A model generated the notes under the pieces. It saw nothing but the letters and a program-made list of their open reading frames with translations. It was not told the origin of the DNA and ran no database searches. Position numbers and translations under genes: made by a program. Shown here in pieces: positions 18,824 through 33,890 of a stretch of 64,000 bases of DNA. The stretch lies in the NCBI GenBank assembly GCA_963841915.1, contig CAWJEN010000006.1:1408001-1472000 (forward strand), in the 5' to 3' direction. The DNA is from an uncultured Planctomycetota bacterium (GTDB lineage: Bacteria > Planctomycetota > Phycisphaerae > Tepidisphaerales > Tepidisphaeraceae). Position 1 is the first letter of the stretch; the number at the start of each line of letters is the position of its first letter.

Positions 18824-20026
18824 TTAGAAGCTCGTCACCGCTGCGGTCTTGGCTTCGCGGACGTTCTTGACGAACGTGCTGCTCTTGGCCTTCTCGGCCA
18901 GCATCTGGGCGTACTTCTCGTCCGTCGCGTCGTCAAAGGGCAGGTCGACCCAATCGTCGGTCCATGCGCTCAGGAGCATCGCGTTGGCGAGCATGACGCC
19001 GTTGAGGCCGTCGGTGCCGGGCGCTAGCAAGGGTTTCTTATCGAGGACGGCCTCGACGAAGTTGATGAAGATGCCACGGTGCTCAGGGCCGTGACCCCCC
19101 GGAATGTCTGTCTTCCACGTCTCGGGTCGTGCAAAGCCTGCATCGGTCTCTTTGAGGAAAGTCTGCACACTCTCTGGCGTCCGCCAGAAGGTGATGTCAC
19201 CGCCTTCCATGAGCACCTTGCCGCGGTCGCTGGCGATCTCTAGGAACTGCGTGCCTGGTGCTTCACCGGTGCTGGTGACGAACGTGCCTGTCCCGCCGTT
19301 CTCGTACTCGACGTAGCAGGTGACCTCGTCTTCGGTCTCGATGTGGTGGTGCTGACCCAACTTGCAAAACGCCCGCACCCGCTTGGGCATGCCGCAGATC
19401 CACTGGAAGAGGTCGAGATTGTGCGGGCTCTGGTTGAGCAGCACGGCCCCGCCTTCGCCCTCCCACGTGCCTTTCCAGTCGGCCGTATCGTAGTAGTACT
19501 GCGTCCGGAACCAGTCGGTCAGGACGTACATGGTCCGCTTGATGTCGCCGATCTCGCCACTTTGGACGAGCTTCCGCATCTGCTGGTGACTCTTACGAGT
19601 CCGCTGGTTGAACATGATGCCAAAGACCAGGCCCTTCTCGGCCTCGGCCTTGACCGCGGCGGCATTCATCTCCTTGACCTGCTTGGTATAGACACCCGCC
19701 GGTTTCTCGCTCAGCACGTGCAGGCCGTGCTCGAAGGCCATCATCGCCAGCGGTGGGTGGAAATAGTGGGGCGTCGCGATCAGTACAGCATCGACCGTGC
19801 CGCTCTTCATGAGCGACTCTGCGTCGGCAAAGATCTGGACCTCGTGTCCGGCATGTTCGCTGACCGCCGTCTCAAGCTTCTTGGCGTCCTTGTCAGCAAC
19901 GGCCGTCACACGAAGTCGGTCGACCGGCTTGTCGCGGGTGAGCATCTGCAGGTGGGTCGTACCCATGCCGCCGATACCGATGATGCCGAGTCGGAGTTCG
20001 TTCTTTTGTGCTTGTTGGTCGCTCAT
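18824..20026 (-). CDS. Gfo/Idh/MocA oxidoreductase
   Basis: GIIGIGGMG, ATPHYFH, HVLSEKP and GGAVLLNQSPHNLD. Confidence 0.92.
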   Translation of the reverse strand: MSDQQAQKNELRLGIIGIGGMGTTHLQMLTRDKPVDRLRVTAVADKDAKKLETAVSEHAGHEVQIFADAESLMKSGTVDAVLIATPHYFHPPLAMMAFEHGLHVLSEKPAGVYTKQVKEMNAAAVKAEAEKGLVFGIMFNQRTRKSHQQMRKLVQSGEIGDIKRTMYVLTDWFRTQYYYDTADWKGTWEGEGGAVLLNQSPHNLDLFQWICGMPKRVRAFCKLGQHHHIETEDEVTCYVEYENGGTGTFVTSTGEAPGTQFLEIASDRGKVLMEGGDITFWRTPESVQTFLKETDAGFARPETWKTDIPGGHGPEHRGIFINFVEAVLDKKPLLAPGTDGLNGVMLANAMLLSAWTDDWVDLPFDDATDEKYAQMLAEKAKSSTFVKNVREAKTAAVTSF

Positions 20027-20172
20027 GTGGCGCGGCATTGTCGAAGATTGGTTGCAGCACCGCAAGCAGAAGAAATTATGCGAAGGCCGCAACCCGATCG
20101 GCCTTAATGGGTACAGCAAGGGGCGACCGCCACCGGCCGCCCACCCCGTTTCCGCGGTATCGAGGAGCGACT

Positions 20173-20970
20173 ATGGGCACAGCGACGAGTCAGACGATCA
20201 GGCAGACGACACCGGCTACAGCCGAGCGAGGCCACCGTGTAGGCTCTGCCCAGCCGGTCAGGCCCTCGCTTCCTTCCCGCAGGCCAGTCGTCCGTCGCCA
20301 GATTGCCCCTCGCGTAGCCGTGCCGTCCGAACCCGTACCACCGACGCCGCCCGCTCGCCGCGCCTGGCCCGACGACGGCCGACCGGCTGTCCGTGCCGAC
20401 GACCGGATCAGCAAGGGCGGGCCGACCTATTTCGAGAAGGCAGTCGAAGACAACGCCCGTCGCCTGCTCGGCATCGCCCGCGGCATCGTCGGGTATCGAG
20501 CTAGCGGTGAAGACGTTGTTCAGCAAGCGCTGACGAACCTGTTTCGTCACCGCGATCGGTATGACTGGCGCGAGCCGGGGCCGTTGCTTAAGCGGGCGAC
20601 GGTTAATGAGGCACTTCGCCTGCTCAGGCCGCCGCGCATGAGCATGATTCCTGACGACTCCGCCGGTGCAGACGCTCGGCTGGGGCGAGACCGGCAGAAC
20701 GCCCCGGACGCGCCCCTTGAACGGGCTGAAACTGTCGACAAGGTGCGCGAAGCCATCGCCGACTTGCCCGAGCACTTCCGGGCGGCCTTGGTCTTGTGTG
20801 AGTACGAGGGCATGAGCTACCAGCAGATCAGCGAGACGCTCGACTGCTCTATTCCTCAGGTCAAGACGTGGCTGCACCGTGCCCGTCGTAAGCTTGCCAC
20901 AAAGCTCGGCGGCTACGTTGATGGCGAGCGGGCAGACGCAGAACCGACCAACACCCACGACGCCGCCTGA
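20173..20970 (+). CDS. ECF RNA polymerase sigma factor with Pro/Arg-rich N-terminal extension
   Basis: EDVVQQAL and LPEHFRAALVLCEYEGMSYQQISETLDCSIPQVKTWLHRARRKL; GAGGAG RBS. Confidence 0.88.
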   Translation: MGTATSQTIRQTTPATAERGHRVGSAQPVRPSLPSRRPVVRRQIAPRVAVPSEPVPPTPPARRAWPDDGRPAVRADDRISKGGPTYFEKAVEDNARRLLGIARGIVGYRASGEDVVQQALTNLFRHRDRYDWREPGPLLKRATVNEALRLLRPPRMSMIPDDSAGADARLGRDRQNAPDAPLERAETVDKVREAIADLPEHFRAALVLCEYEGMSYQQISETLDCSIPQVKTWLHRARRKLATKLGGYVDGERADAEPTNTHDAA

Positions 20971-21021
20971 CCACCGCAGTCGTCTGACGAACCACCAATC
21001 GCCCGCAACAGCCATTCCTCC

Positions 21022-21588
21022 ATGTCCACCAACGGCAACTTGCCAACACAACATCCACCCGCCGACGCCGGCGAGAGCGGCGTGTTTGACTTCTACGTCC
21101 AGCAACTTGAGACGTACCTCGATGGTGAACTCGACGCGGCCGAAGCGGCAGTCGTGCGTCAGCGGCTCAGCGAAGAACCGGCCTACGCGGCGTCGTTGGC
21201 ACGGCTTGAATCGTCCCGCCGGATGCGGATCGACGGGTTCTGCGCATTCGGTGACAACTGCAACGACGACGAAGCGGCTCAACGCCTCTGCAAGTCTGCC
21301 TCGGTCCTTACGACGCGAGAGACATCGACGGGGCAGCACGCCTCGCGACACAGCACCTGGTGGCTTGGCAGTGCCGCGGCGGCGTGTGTGACGGTCGGCC
21401 TCGGTATCGGCTTCATCGCCGGGGGCGGCGGCCTCGACTTTGGCACCTCACCAGCCGACCCGCAGGGCAACCCCTTGCCGTCGAATGTCACGCCCGGCCT
21501 CATCAGCGACAACGGCGACCGCACCGGTCCGCCTGCCGAGGTCGACCAAACGCCCGATCGTGAACAATCCCCGGCGTTGTCGGATTAG
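21022..21588 (+). CDS. Putative transmembrane anti-sigma factor
   Basis: Follows the ECF gene; LETYLDGELDAAE and a TM segment WWLGSAAAACV. Confidence 0.75.
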   Translation: MSTNGNLPTQHPPADAGESGVFDFYVQQLETYLDGELDAAEAAVVRQRLSEEPAYAASLARLESSRRMRIDGFCAFGDNCNDDEAAQRLCKSASVLTTRETSTGQHASRHSTWWLGSAAAACVTVGLGIGFIAGGGGLDFGTSPADPQGNPLPSNVTPGLISDNGDRTGPPAEVDQTPDREQSPALSD

Positions 21589-21689
21589 TTCTTCGTCGGT
21601 TGCGAGACATAGCCAGAGGCCGCGGCATATCGATGCCGCGGCCTTTCACATATGCCACCACGTCGCCCGCTGTGCTGCGTCGACGGCCG

Positions 21690-22733
21690 TTAAATTGGTG
21701 CCGGCTCTTCTTCCGGGGCGACGCCGACCTTCTCGCGAAGGCGTGCTTCCATGCCACTGACTTCTTTGGCGAGCGTGGAGTTCGGGTAGTCGCGGCGGAT
21801 AATTCCGCCCAGACGTAACGCTTCGCTGAAGTCACGAGAGTGGATTGCCTCGCTGTAACGCTCTTTGAGCTTCATGAGCTTGTCACGAAAGACCTCCCGG
21901 GCCTCATCCTGAAGCTGCCGTCCTTCGTCGGGCGTGAGGTAGGCGTCGAGTTGCTTGAGCAGATCAGAGCCTCTGTCGGCGTCGCCGCTGGAGTGGGCGT
22001 CGCGGAACTGGCTGACCAGATCGACCTTGCGCTGCTGGCGACGCTCTTCGATCTTCGTGCGAAGCAGCCGGACCCGCATGTCGTTGTCGTACTTGTTGAT
22101 GAGTCGATCTGCCTCGGCAAAGGCGTCGCTCCACCGCTCGGCGTCGCACAAGTCGTCGACCCGGCTCGTCGCGTCGCCAATCTCGTGCCCGCGGGCGTCA
22201 TCGAGTCGACGACGGATCTCCTCGCGGAACCGCTCAGCCTCGTTGCGATAGCCGAACGCCTTTTCGAACTCGTCGGCCAGCAGGCGAGCACTGGCGTAGT
22301 CGCCCTTGAGCAGGTCCTCCTCGATCGCCCGGCGAACAACTTCGCGGTCGCGATCGCGATAGGCGACCTGCTTGCCACGCTCGCTGATGCGGGTGTTTTC
22401 GGCCACTTTCTGAGCTGCCGAAACGACGGCGCCGACGCTGTTGCGAAGTTCGCGGGTCGTGTCGACAGCGCGCTCGCTGACCGCTGCCTGCTGCCTGGCC
22501 GCGTGCAAGACAGCCGAGACGACAGCCGACGCGGCCAAAGCGATGACGACCGCAAGCACACCCGCCGCCGCGATGGCGTAGTCGCCAAACTGGACGAGCC
22601 GGTAGATGCCGTACCCCAGCAACGCGAGTCCCAGCAGCAGGGCGAGCGTGCTGACCCAGGGCGCTGCCCCGCGGCCAGTGCCTTGGGCGTCGGAAGTCGT
22701 GGTTGAACCGTCGCTTGCGTTATCTTGGGTCAT
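21690..22733 (-). CDS. Membrane protein (2 TM) with helical C-terminal region, function unknown
   Basis: Two N-terminal TM helices followed by a charged helical domain. Confidence 0.65.
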   Translation of the reverse strand: MTQDNASDGSTTTSDAQGTGRGAAPWVSTLALLLGLALLGYGIYRLVQFGDYAIAAAGVLAVVIALAASAVVSAVLHAARQQAAVSERAVDTTRELRNSVGAVVSAAQKVAENTRISERGKQVAYRDRDREVVRRAIEEDLLKGDYASARLLADEFEKAFGYRNEAERFREEIRRRLDDARGHEIGDATSRVDDLCDAERWSDAFAEADRLINKYDNDMRVRLLRTKIEERRQQRKVDLVSQFRDAHSSGDADRGSDLLKQLDAYLTPDEGRQLQDEAREVFRDKLMKLKERYSEAIHSRDFSEALRLGGIIRRDYPNSTLAKEVSGMEARLREKVGVAPEEEPAPI

Positions 22734-22755
22734 GATCGGGCTCCGCGCCCTCATC

Positions 22756-23482
22756 TTACACGAAGTCCCACGCTTTGTGACCGTCGCAAGGGTCATGCGA
22801 ACGTGATGCTGCACGAGTGTCCGCCAGACGCTTCTCCTCGGCCTCCGGGCGGCGGACGTATTCGGGCAACAGTGCTACTGGTTCGACCGTCTGGCCACGC
22901 TTAAGTCGCCCGCGACCGAGTTCAGCCACCACCTCAACGTCCGGAAAAGGCTCGCCTTCCCATAGCCGACACCCCGCCAACTGCTCGCGGTGAAACTCGA
23001 CCCCTTCGCCCAATACCAAAGTGTCTGCAGTCAATGATGCGGCCAGCAACTTGGGCGAAAAGAGGCCGCCCGGACCGTCGGCTTGCCACACTCCATCCAC
23101 GGCCGTGAACGACGCTCGCCCAAACGGTGCCGCGGCGGGCATCGAACACCACACACGCCTGCCCTAGGGCCGGCAGGTGGTTCACCACAACCTCGGCGGT
23201 CGGAACAGCAACGACTTGTGCACCTGCCACGTGGGCCAGAAACTTGGTGAACGTGACGGCCACGCGGGTGCCTGTGAATGCGCCCGGGCCGTTGGACAGG
23301 TAAATCGCGTCGAGCTGTGTCGGCAAGAGGCCGTGCCGCTTCATCAGCTTGGCAGCGCGGTCGACGAGTTGCCCGCTGTTGCGGCGTCCCGGTGGCAGCA
23401 GGTCGACGTGGACGGTGTCATGGTGATCGACCAGCCCGAGTCCGGCCCGGCGGCTGGTGAGTTCGACGGCAAGGGCGATCAT
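22756..23482 (-). CDS. tsaB: tRNA t6A biosynthesis protein TsaB with a frameshift at ~23110
   Basis: GPGAFTGTRV and FDARRG lie in one frame; LVLGEG and LLPEYVRRPEAEE lie in another. Confidence 0.85.
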
Positions 23483-23991
23483 GCCGCCGACGGTACGTCC
23501 GGCTCGCTCCGCGTGCCGCCGGCGAGCAGGGCGATCAAACCGCAGCCCAGTCCGATGCCGATGACGGCCAATCGGCCTCTGGCGTCACGACACCACTCGG
23601 CAAGACGGCTTCCATCAGCTTCGGGTGCCGGGGCGGCCTCAACTGGCTCGGGCCGGAGCATTGCAAAAGGGCTCAGCGAGCCGTTGGCCATCGTCGAGGA
23701 AGCCAGCACCGCCACGTCGCCGTCCGGTTCAGGCGTCGTCTGACGACGTGACAAGCGATTGGCCAGTTGCTCATCACGGTGAAGCCGCGACAGGAACTCG
23801 TCGTTGAGGTCGGCTCGGCTGTGCAGGGCCTGCACCTGAGCTGCCAACTCAAGCCGCTGGGCTTCGATCAGGCGATTTGCCTCCGACGCCGGGATGAGCA
23901 CGCCGCAAGCGACGAGGCACAAGCCCAGCGCCAGCAACGGCAACGCCCACGCCGAGGCACGGTCAGGTGATGACTCGGACGCAACATCCAC
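23479..23991 (-). CDS. Hypothetical membrane protein (TM-coiled coil-TM)
   Basis: Two hydrophobic segments flank a coiled coil; ATGA overlap with tsaB. Confidence 0.6.
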   Translation of the reverse strand: MDVASESSPDRASAWALPLLALGLCLVACGVLIPASEANRLIEAQRLELAAQVQALHSRADLNDEFLSRLHRDEQLANRLSRRQTTPEPDGDVAVLASSTMANGSLSPFAMLRPEPVEAAPAPEADGSRLAEWCRDARGRLAVIGIGLGCGLIALLAGGTRSEPDVPSAA

Positions 23992-24047
23992 AGCCCGTGT
24001 TATCGGCCCAACCCCGCTGGCAGCCGCATGCGGCCGATGTTCGGGTG

Positions 24048-25232
24048 CTACGAAACGATGACGCCACTGAGCGATCCGCCGTCTCTGGAATCATAGGTGA
24101 CGCTCGAATCGCCGAAGAAGAACGTCTGTGGCTCGAAGACGCGACGGATCTCACCGACGAACAGCACCGCGTCCCGTACACTGCTCACGGCCGCCGCGCG
24201 GGCTTCGGTCAATAAGATCGCTTCGTCGCTGAACGCGTCGGCATCGACGACAAGTCGTCGTGCAAACATCTCACCGGTCGATTCGTCATCAACGTCGACA
24301 TCAACCGCGTCACCGAGAAGTTGGAGCTGATCGACAAGATCGTCGAAATCTTCACCTAATGTGGTTGAATCGATGCCGTCGGCAGGAACGGCAGCGATTG
24401 TAAGGGCAATCGCTGCGAGGCGAGTTGGGTCTGTCTCGCCCGCCCGCAGGTCCAGTTGCACCTGAGCCGCATCGGTGGTCGGCGTCAGCCGCGGCCCGTC
24501 GCGTCCGACGAAGATGTTCTCGGCCTCGCTGCCGACGAACAGGCGTCCGTGGTTGGCCACGCGGTCGGTGCCGTCGCCACCAAAGGTGATGTCAGTGTCG
24601 ATGAGGGAGGTGTTGGTGGTCTCGAAGGTCGTCTCGTCGCCGCCGTAGCGGACTTCGAGGTCGAAAGGCAGGGCGTCGATGACCCGCAGGCCCAGCAGGT
24701 ATCCACCTTCGCCGTCAATTTCGCCGCTATCGAAGACGACGCCTGCACCGTCGGCGAGCTTGCCGCCCAGGAGCAGGTCGTCGCCGTCCTCACCGTCGAG
24801 CAGGTCGCCGGCGGCGTTGCCGTCGAGCGTGTCGTTGCCGCTTCCGCCGAGCAGAATATCACCTTGCGGGCCCCCACCGAGCAGGTCGTTGCCGTCGCCG
24901 CCGTCGAGCACTGCTGGAACCGGAAGGTTCTGCCCCATGATGATGGTGTCGTCACCGCCGCGACCGTCGACCTCGACGCGTTCGAGGTCACCGTCGACGA
25001 CGATGGTTAGTCGTTCGACGCCGTTGACGCTGACGTCGAGCCGACTGATGCGTGACTCGGCATCGGCTGCCTCGCTGGCAAACTCGATGACATCGGCTGC
25101 GTCAGTCCCGACAAGCTTAACGAACCGATCTTCTCCGGCCGCGACCTCAGTAACGCCCGCCGGCAGATCGGCGAGCAGGACGGTCGTCAGCAGGCGGCGG
25201 GACTCGAGCGGCTCGGTGTGACGGTACATCAT
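24048..25232 (-). CDS. Secreted acidic protein with RTX/hemolysin-type Ca-binding repeats
   Basis: N-terminal EPLESRRLL motif and GGxGxD repeats (GRGGDD, GGDGND, GGSGND, GEDGDD). Confidence 0.8.
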   Translation of the reverse strand: MMYRHTEPLESRRLLTTVLLADLPAGVTEVAAGEDRFVKLVGTDAADVIEFASEAADAESRISRLDVSVNGVERLTIVVDGDLERVEVDGRGGDDTIIMGQNLPVPAVLDGGDGNDLLGGGPQGDILLGGSGNDTLDGNAAGDLLDGEDGDDLLLGGKLADGAGVVFDSGEIDGEGGYLLGLRVIDALPFDLEVRYGGDETTFETTNTSLIDTDITFGGDGTDRVANHGRLFVGSEAENIFVGRDGPRLTPTTDAAQVQLDLRAGETDPTRLAAIALTIAAVPADGIDSTTLGEDFDDLVDQLQLLGDAVDVDVDDESTGEMFARRLVVDADAFSDEAILLTEARAAAVSSVRDAVLFVGEIRRVFEPQTFFFGDSSVTYDSRDGGSLSGVIVS

Positions 25233-25309
25233 CTTAATGATCTATATGCAAACGATGGCCGCAGAGTTCGCAGCTTGCGTCTGCTGCGCGGCTGTCAGAA
25301 CATGCGTCG

Positions 25310-25789
25310 ATGACCGAAGTCTCAACGTGGCTCATGTTCAGTGACGCCGCAGAGGAGGCGGCAACCTTCTATGTGTCGCTGCTGCCCGACTCGCGGATCG
25401 ATCGCATCGTCCGTTCACCGTCCGAAGCTCCGAATACGAAGAAGGGCGATGTTCTCGTCGTCGAATTTACCCTCGCCGGTCGGTCCTACGCCGCCTTGCG
25501 GGCGCCGCAGGCGACGCCTTTTACCGAGGCCATGTCGCTGCAGGCGGTTTGCGACGACCAAGCAGAAGTCGATCGACTCTGGTCTGCCTTTCTTGACAAC
25601 GGCGGCAAAGCGTTGGCCTGTGGGTGGCTTAAGGACAAGTGGGGCGTCCCGTGGCAGATCGTTCCACGTCAGCTCGGCAAGCTGATGAGCGACCCGGACG
25701 CCGGGCGAGCTCAACGGGCGATGCAAGCCATGATGAAGCAGACGAAGATCGACATTGCTGCCATCGAGCAGGCTGCAGACGCAGTCTAA
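25310..25789 (+). CDS. VOC/PhnB family protein
   Basis: AEEAATFYVS, DQAEVDRLW and CGWLKDKWGVPWQIVP. Confidence 0.9.
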   Translation: MTEVSTWLMFSDAAEEAATFYVSLLPDSRIDRIVRSPSEAPNTKKGDVLVVEFTLAGRSYAALRAPQATPFTEAMSLQAVCDDQAEVDRLWSAFLDNGGKALACGWLKDKWGVPWQIVPRQLGKLMSDPDAGRAQRAMQAMMKQTKIDIAAIEQAADAV

Positions 25790-25805
25790 CCACAAGTGCA
25801 ACAAG

Positions 25806-25843
25806 ACAGCGGGGTCGCCGATGATCATCGGCGACCCCGCTGT
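25806..25843. terminator. Perfect 38-bp palindrome between convergent genes (probable bidirectional terminator)
   Basis: ACAGCGGGGTCGCCGATGATCATCGGCGACCCCGCTGT. Confidence 0.7.
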
Positions 25844-25862
25844 TCTGCACCGGTTGTGGGAT

Positions 25863-30914
<5,052 letters not shown>

Positions 30915-30941
30915 ACCTTAAGCTTCATTCACCAGTCACCC

Positions 30942-30979
30942 ACCGCCATCCGCGTCGAACGACGCGGATGGCGGTTTTT
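30942..30979 (+). terminator. Rho-independent terminator
   Basis: ACCGCCATCCGCGTCG-AA-CGACGCGGATGGCGGT followed by TTTT. Confidence 0.8.
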
Positions 30980-31043
30980 CACGTCCGAGTTGACGAAGAG
31001 CGGGGCAAAGCGCCCGAGTCGGTACGATGCAGAGACAGTCGTT

Positions 31044-31187
31044 ATGGAGCTCACTCTTGCCTGCATCGCCGCCGCCGTCCTGACGGCTTACCACCTCCTC
31101 GCCGCGATGGCAGGGGAGCGTTCAGCCGGTTGGTCGCAGATCATCGCAAGACACGAACGCGAGGTCAGCCGCATCATCGACGCGTGA
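31044..31187 (+). CDS. 47-aa small hydrophobic protein (tentative)
   Basis: MELTLACIAAAVLTAYHLLAAMAGER...; fills an intergenic gap. Confidence 0.4.
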   Translation: MELTLACIAAAVLTAYHLLAAMAGERSAGWSQIIARHEREVSRIIDA

Positions 31188-31201
31188 CTTGCATTGGCGT
31201 C

Positions 31202-32605
31202 TCACTCTGTCACCACGTCGTCGGCTGTGATTTCTAACCGAACCCGGTTCACCCGCTGCGGTTCTGCGCCGAGAATGGTGATGGCCACGCGTTTGCCGTT
31301 GTCGGTCTCACGCTCGAAGCTCGTGCCCTCGTCGGGGATACGGCCCAATGTGGTCGTGATGTATCCGCCGAGCGTTTCGTAGGCGTCGTTTTCTGTCAGG
31401 TGCAAGCCCATGAGGCGGTTGAGCTCCTCGACGCCGATCCGGGCGTCGACGTTGACCACATTGGGCGACTCGCGGTCGAACATGGCGTCTTCTGCATCCT
31501 CGTGCTCATCGGCGATGTCACCGACGAGCTCCTCGATGACGTCTTCAATGGTGACCAGCCCGCTCGTGCCGCCGTACTCGTCGAGCACGATCGCCATATG
31601 GATCTTTTGCAGCTGCATGTCGCGGAGCAGGTCGGCAAGGCGTTTGCTCTCGGGGACGACCAGCGGCTTTCGGAGCTGCTCATGGATGTCAAAGACGCGG
31701 GCCTCCGCCGCTTTCTCGCCGTTGCCGCCGTTCTTCTCGTCGAGCTGTTTGCCGACAAAGGGGAACAGGTCGCGGGCGTAGAGAACGCCGATGACGTGGT
31801 CGAGGGTGTCGCGGTAGACGGGGATTCGGCTGTAGCCGGACTTGTCGATGACTTCGAGAATGGTCTCGATCGAGGCCTCTTCGGGCAGGCCCACAACATC
31901 GCCGCGCGGCGTCATGGCTTGTTCTGCAATGACGTCCTGGAAGCGGAGCGTCCGCTCGATCATGACGCGTTCGCTCTCATCGATGACGCCTTCGTCGCGG
32001 CCTTCGTTGACGATGTCGAGGATCTCCTGTTCGATCTCCTGCTCGACGTGATGGGCATTTTCGCGGCTTCGCCCGGTCGCGCGGCGGACGAGCGTGTCGA
32101 TCGGGCCGTGCAGCTTGACGACCGGCCAGAGTGCCGCCCGCTTGATCCGTAGCAGCTTGGCGAACGTACCGATGGCCGACTCGGCGGCGTGGCTGCTCGT
32201 CGCCAGCGGTAGGACGACGCCGAAAACCGCCACCAGCATGAACGTCGTCAAAAACGTGACGGCGTAGATCAGGAACAAGCCGCTACCGCCCGGCAGCCAC
32301 GTGGCTACAAGGTGCAGCGTCGACAGCGAAATGATGAGCGTCGTGCCGATCCGCGCAAGACCCGCCGCCAGGGCAAGCTCATCTTCATTGTCAGCCACAG
32401 CGTCGGCCCGCGCCGCCGCCTCGTCGCCGACGGGCACGCGAGCGTTCAGGTCGGCTTTATCGCCCCGGCTCTTTCGTTGCTTCCGCTCGAACCACTCACC
32501 GAGGCCCGCCTTGGAATAGTCACGCAGCGCGTACGACAACGTCGAAAACAGGAACGATCCGGCCAACGCAAGGATCAACAGCGAAAGTGCGATAACCGCG
32601 CTCAT
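31202..32605 (-). CDS. HlyC/CorC family transporter (DUF21-CBS-CorC)
   Basis: MTPRGD, GYSRIPVY, MAIVLDEYGGTSGLVTIEDVIEELVGDI and YETLGG. Confidence 0.92.
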   Translation of the reverse strand: MSAVIALSLLILALAGSFLFSTLSYALRDYSKAGLGEWFERKQRKSRGDKADLNARVPVGDEAAARADAVADNEDELALAAGLARIGTTLIISLSTLHLVATWLPGGSGLFLIYAVTFLTTFMLVAVFGVVLPLATSSHAAESAIGTFAKLLRIKRAALWPVVKLHGPIDTLVRRATGRSRENAHHVEQEIEQEILDIVNEGRDEGVIDESERVMIERTLRFQDVIAEQAMTPRGDVVGLPEEASIETILEVIDKSGYSRIPVYRDTLDHVIGVLYARDLFPFVGKQLDEKNGGNGEKAAEARVFDIHEQLRKPLVVPESKRLADLLRDMQLQKIHMAIVLDEYGGTSGLVTIEDVIEELVGDIADEHEDAEDAMFDRESPNVVNVDARIGVEELNRLMGLHLTENDAYETLGGYITTTLGRIPDEGTSFERETDNGKRVAITILGAEPQRVNRVRLEITADDVVTE

Positions 32606-32659
32606 CGAAGAAGGGTCGGGTTGAAGTGAGGCATCAAGATCGGGACAGTAGAAGGGGCG

Positions 32660-33115
32660 TCAGCCGACCGCCGACCCTGAGGCGAAAGGCCGCCCGAAGC
32701 CCGCCTGGTCGAGCAGATTGTCTTCCAGAGCGTGCATCTGCCGGTAAAGCGTGTCGGTCGTGTCGTCGTAGCCGCACAGGTGTAACAGCCCGTGCAGGGC
32801 ATAGAGCAGTAACTCAGTGGCGACATCGTGCCCACGCTGGGCGGCCTGCCGGTGGGCGACGTCGAGGCAGATGATGACCTCGCCCTCGGTGACGCGGTCG
32901 CCGTCACGATCAAGTTCGTACGTCAAGGCGTCGGTCGTCGTCGCCAGGCCGTGACTGCGACGATGCAGTTCGATCATCGCTGCGTCGTCGACCACCGCGA
33001 CCGACAGCTCCCGCGGCAGCACAAGTTGCTTGGACGCCACATCGGCCACGCGAGCCAGTTCATCCGCCAGCCGTTCGGCGACGGCGTCATCGGCCGCTTG
33101 CACATCGATATTCAC
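32660..33115 (-). CDS. ybeY: rRNA maturation RNase YbeY
   Basis: TTDALTY, GEVIIC and HGLLHLCGYDD. Confidence 0.88.
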   Translation of the reverse strand: MNIDVQAADDAVAERLADELARVADVASKQLVLPRELSVAVVDDAAMIELHRRSHGLATTTDALTYELDRDGDRVTEGEVIICLDVAHRQAAQRGHDVATELLLYALHGLLHLCGYDDTTDTLYRQMHALEDNLLDQAGFGRPFASGSAVG

Positions 33116-33540
33116 GCCTTGGGCAGCTCGATCCACAAAAACCCGCCGTGATAGCTGGCGCTGATGGCAGCATGTTGCACGTCGTTGGGCAGCTCGATCT
33201 CGCGACGGAATGGACCGTGATCGAGCTCCATGCGGTGAACTTTGATGCGGCCGCCGTCCTGGTGACTAGTCACCGGAGAGCGTGGCACCGGCCGTTCACC
33301 CGTCAGCACGAGCCGCGGCGACTCACCGACGTCGGCCGGTGGCGTGACGCTGACGTTGATCGTCGCCTTGTCCACACCCGGCAGATCAACGCAAACGCGA
33401 TACGCCCGCTGCGCTTCGTAAAGGTTGACCGATGGAGCCCACGTCGCCTCACGGCCGGCAAAGCCGCAATACGTGCCCCCGCGAGTCTCCATATTGGTGA
33501 CAGGCCGGGCAAACTTCGAGAAGGGCGAATCGCTGGTCAC
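33112..33540 (-). CDS. Hsp20/alpha-crystallin protein
   Basis: WAPSVNLYE, VDLPGV, GPFRREIELP and ASYHGGFLWIELPK. Confidence 0.88.
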   Translation of the reverse strand: MTSDSPFSKFARPVTNMETRGGTYCGFAGREATWAPSVNLYEAQRAYRVCVDLPGVDKATINVSVTPPADVGESPRLVLTGERPVPRSPVTSHQDGGRIKVHRMELDHGPFRREIELPNDVQHAAISASYHGGFLWIELPKA

Positions 33541-33890
33541 AGGTGTCGCAAGGGAAAGCGGTCAGATAGCAAGGCACAGAGGCCGAAGGGCCCGGGAGCC
33601 ACACTAACGGCAGCAGCGGCTACACGGCAAGGCCGCCCGTCGTGACGGCAACTGCAGCCGGTCGCCTGCGCTCTTGATACCGCCGCCGATGCACGCTGGT
33701 TCGGCCGAGCCTTAAAGAACTTGTGTGCGACGTCAGTCGCAGAAGGCTTGCTGCGAGGTATCGGACGGTGTCGAGGGCACCTGGTCATTGACACAAGCGA
33801 CTCGTGCCCGGACAATCCGCGGCCCCACCCCCACCAGCGGCCCGCGCCCGTGGCGCCGCATTGACCGCACAGCAAGCCAAGGAGCCGCGG

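Noticed and set aside
24000..24007. GCCGATAA sigma-28 -10 box on the minus strand
   Set aside because: No TAAA-like -35 element at 15-bp spacing.
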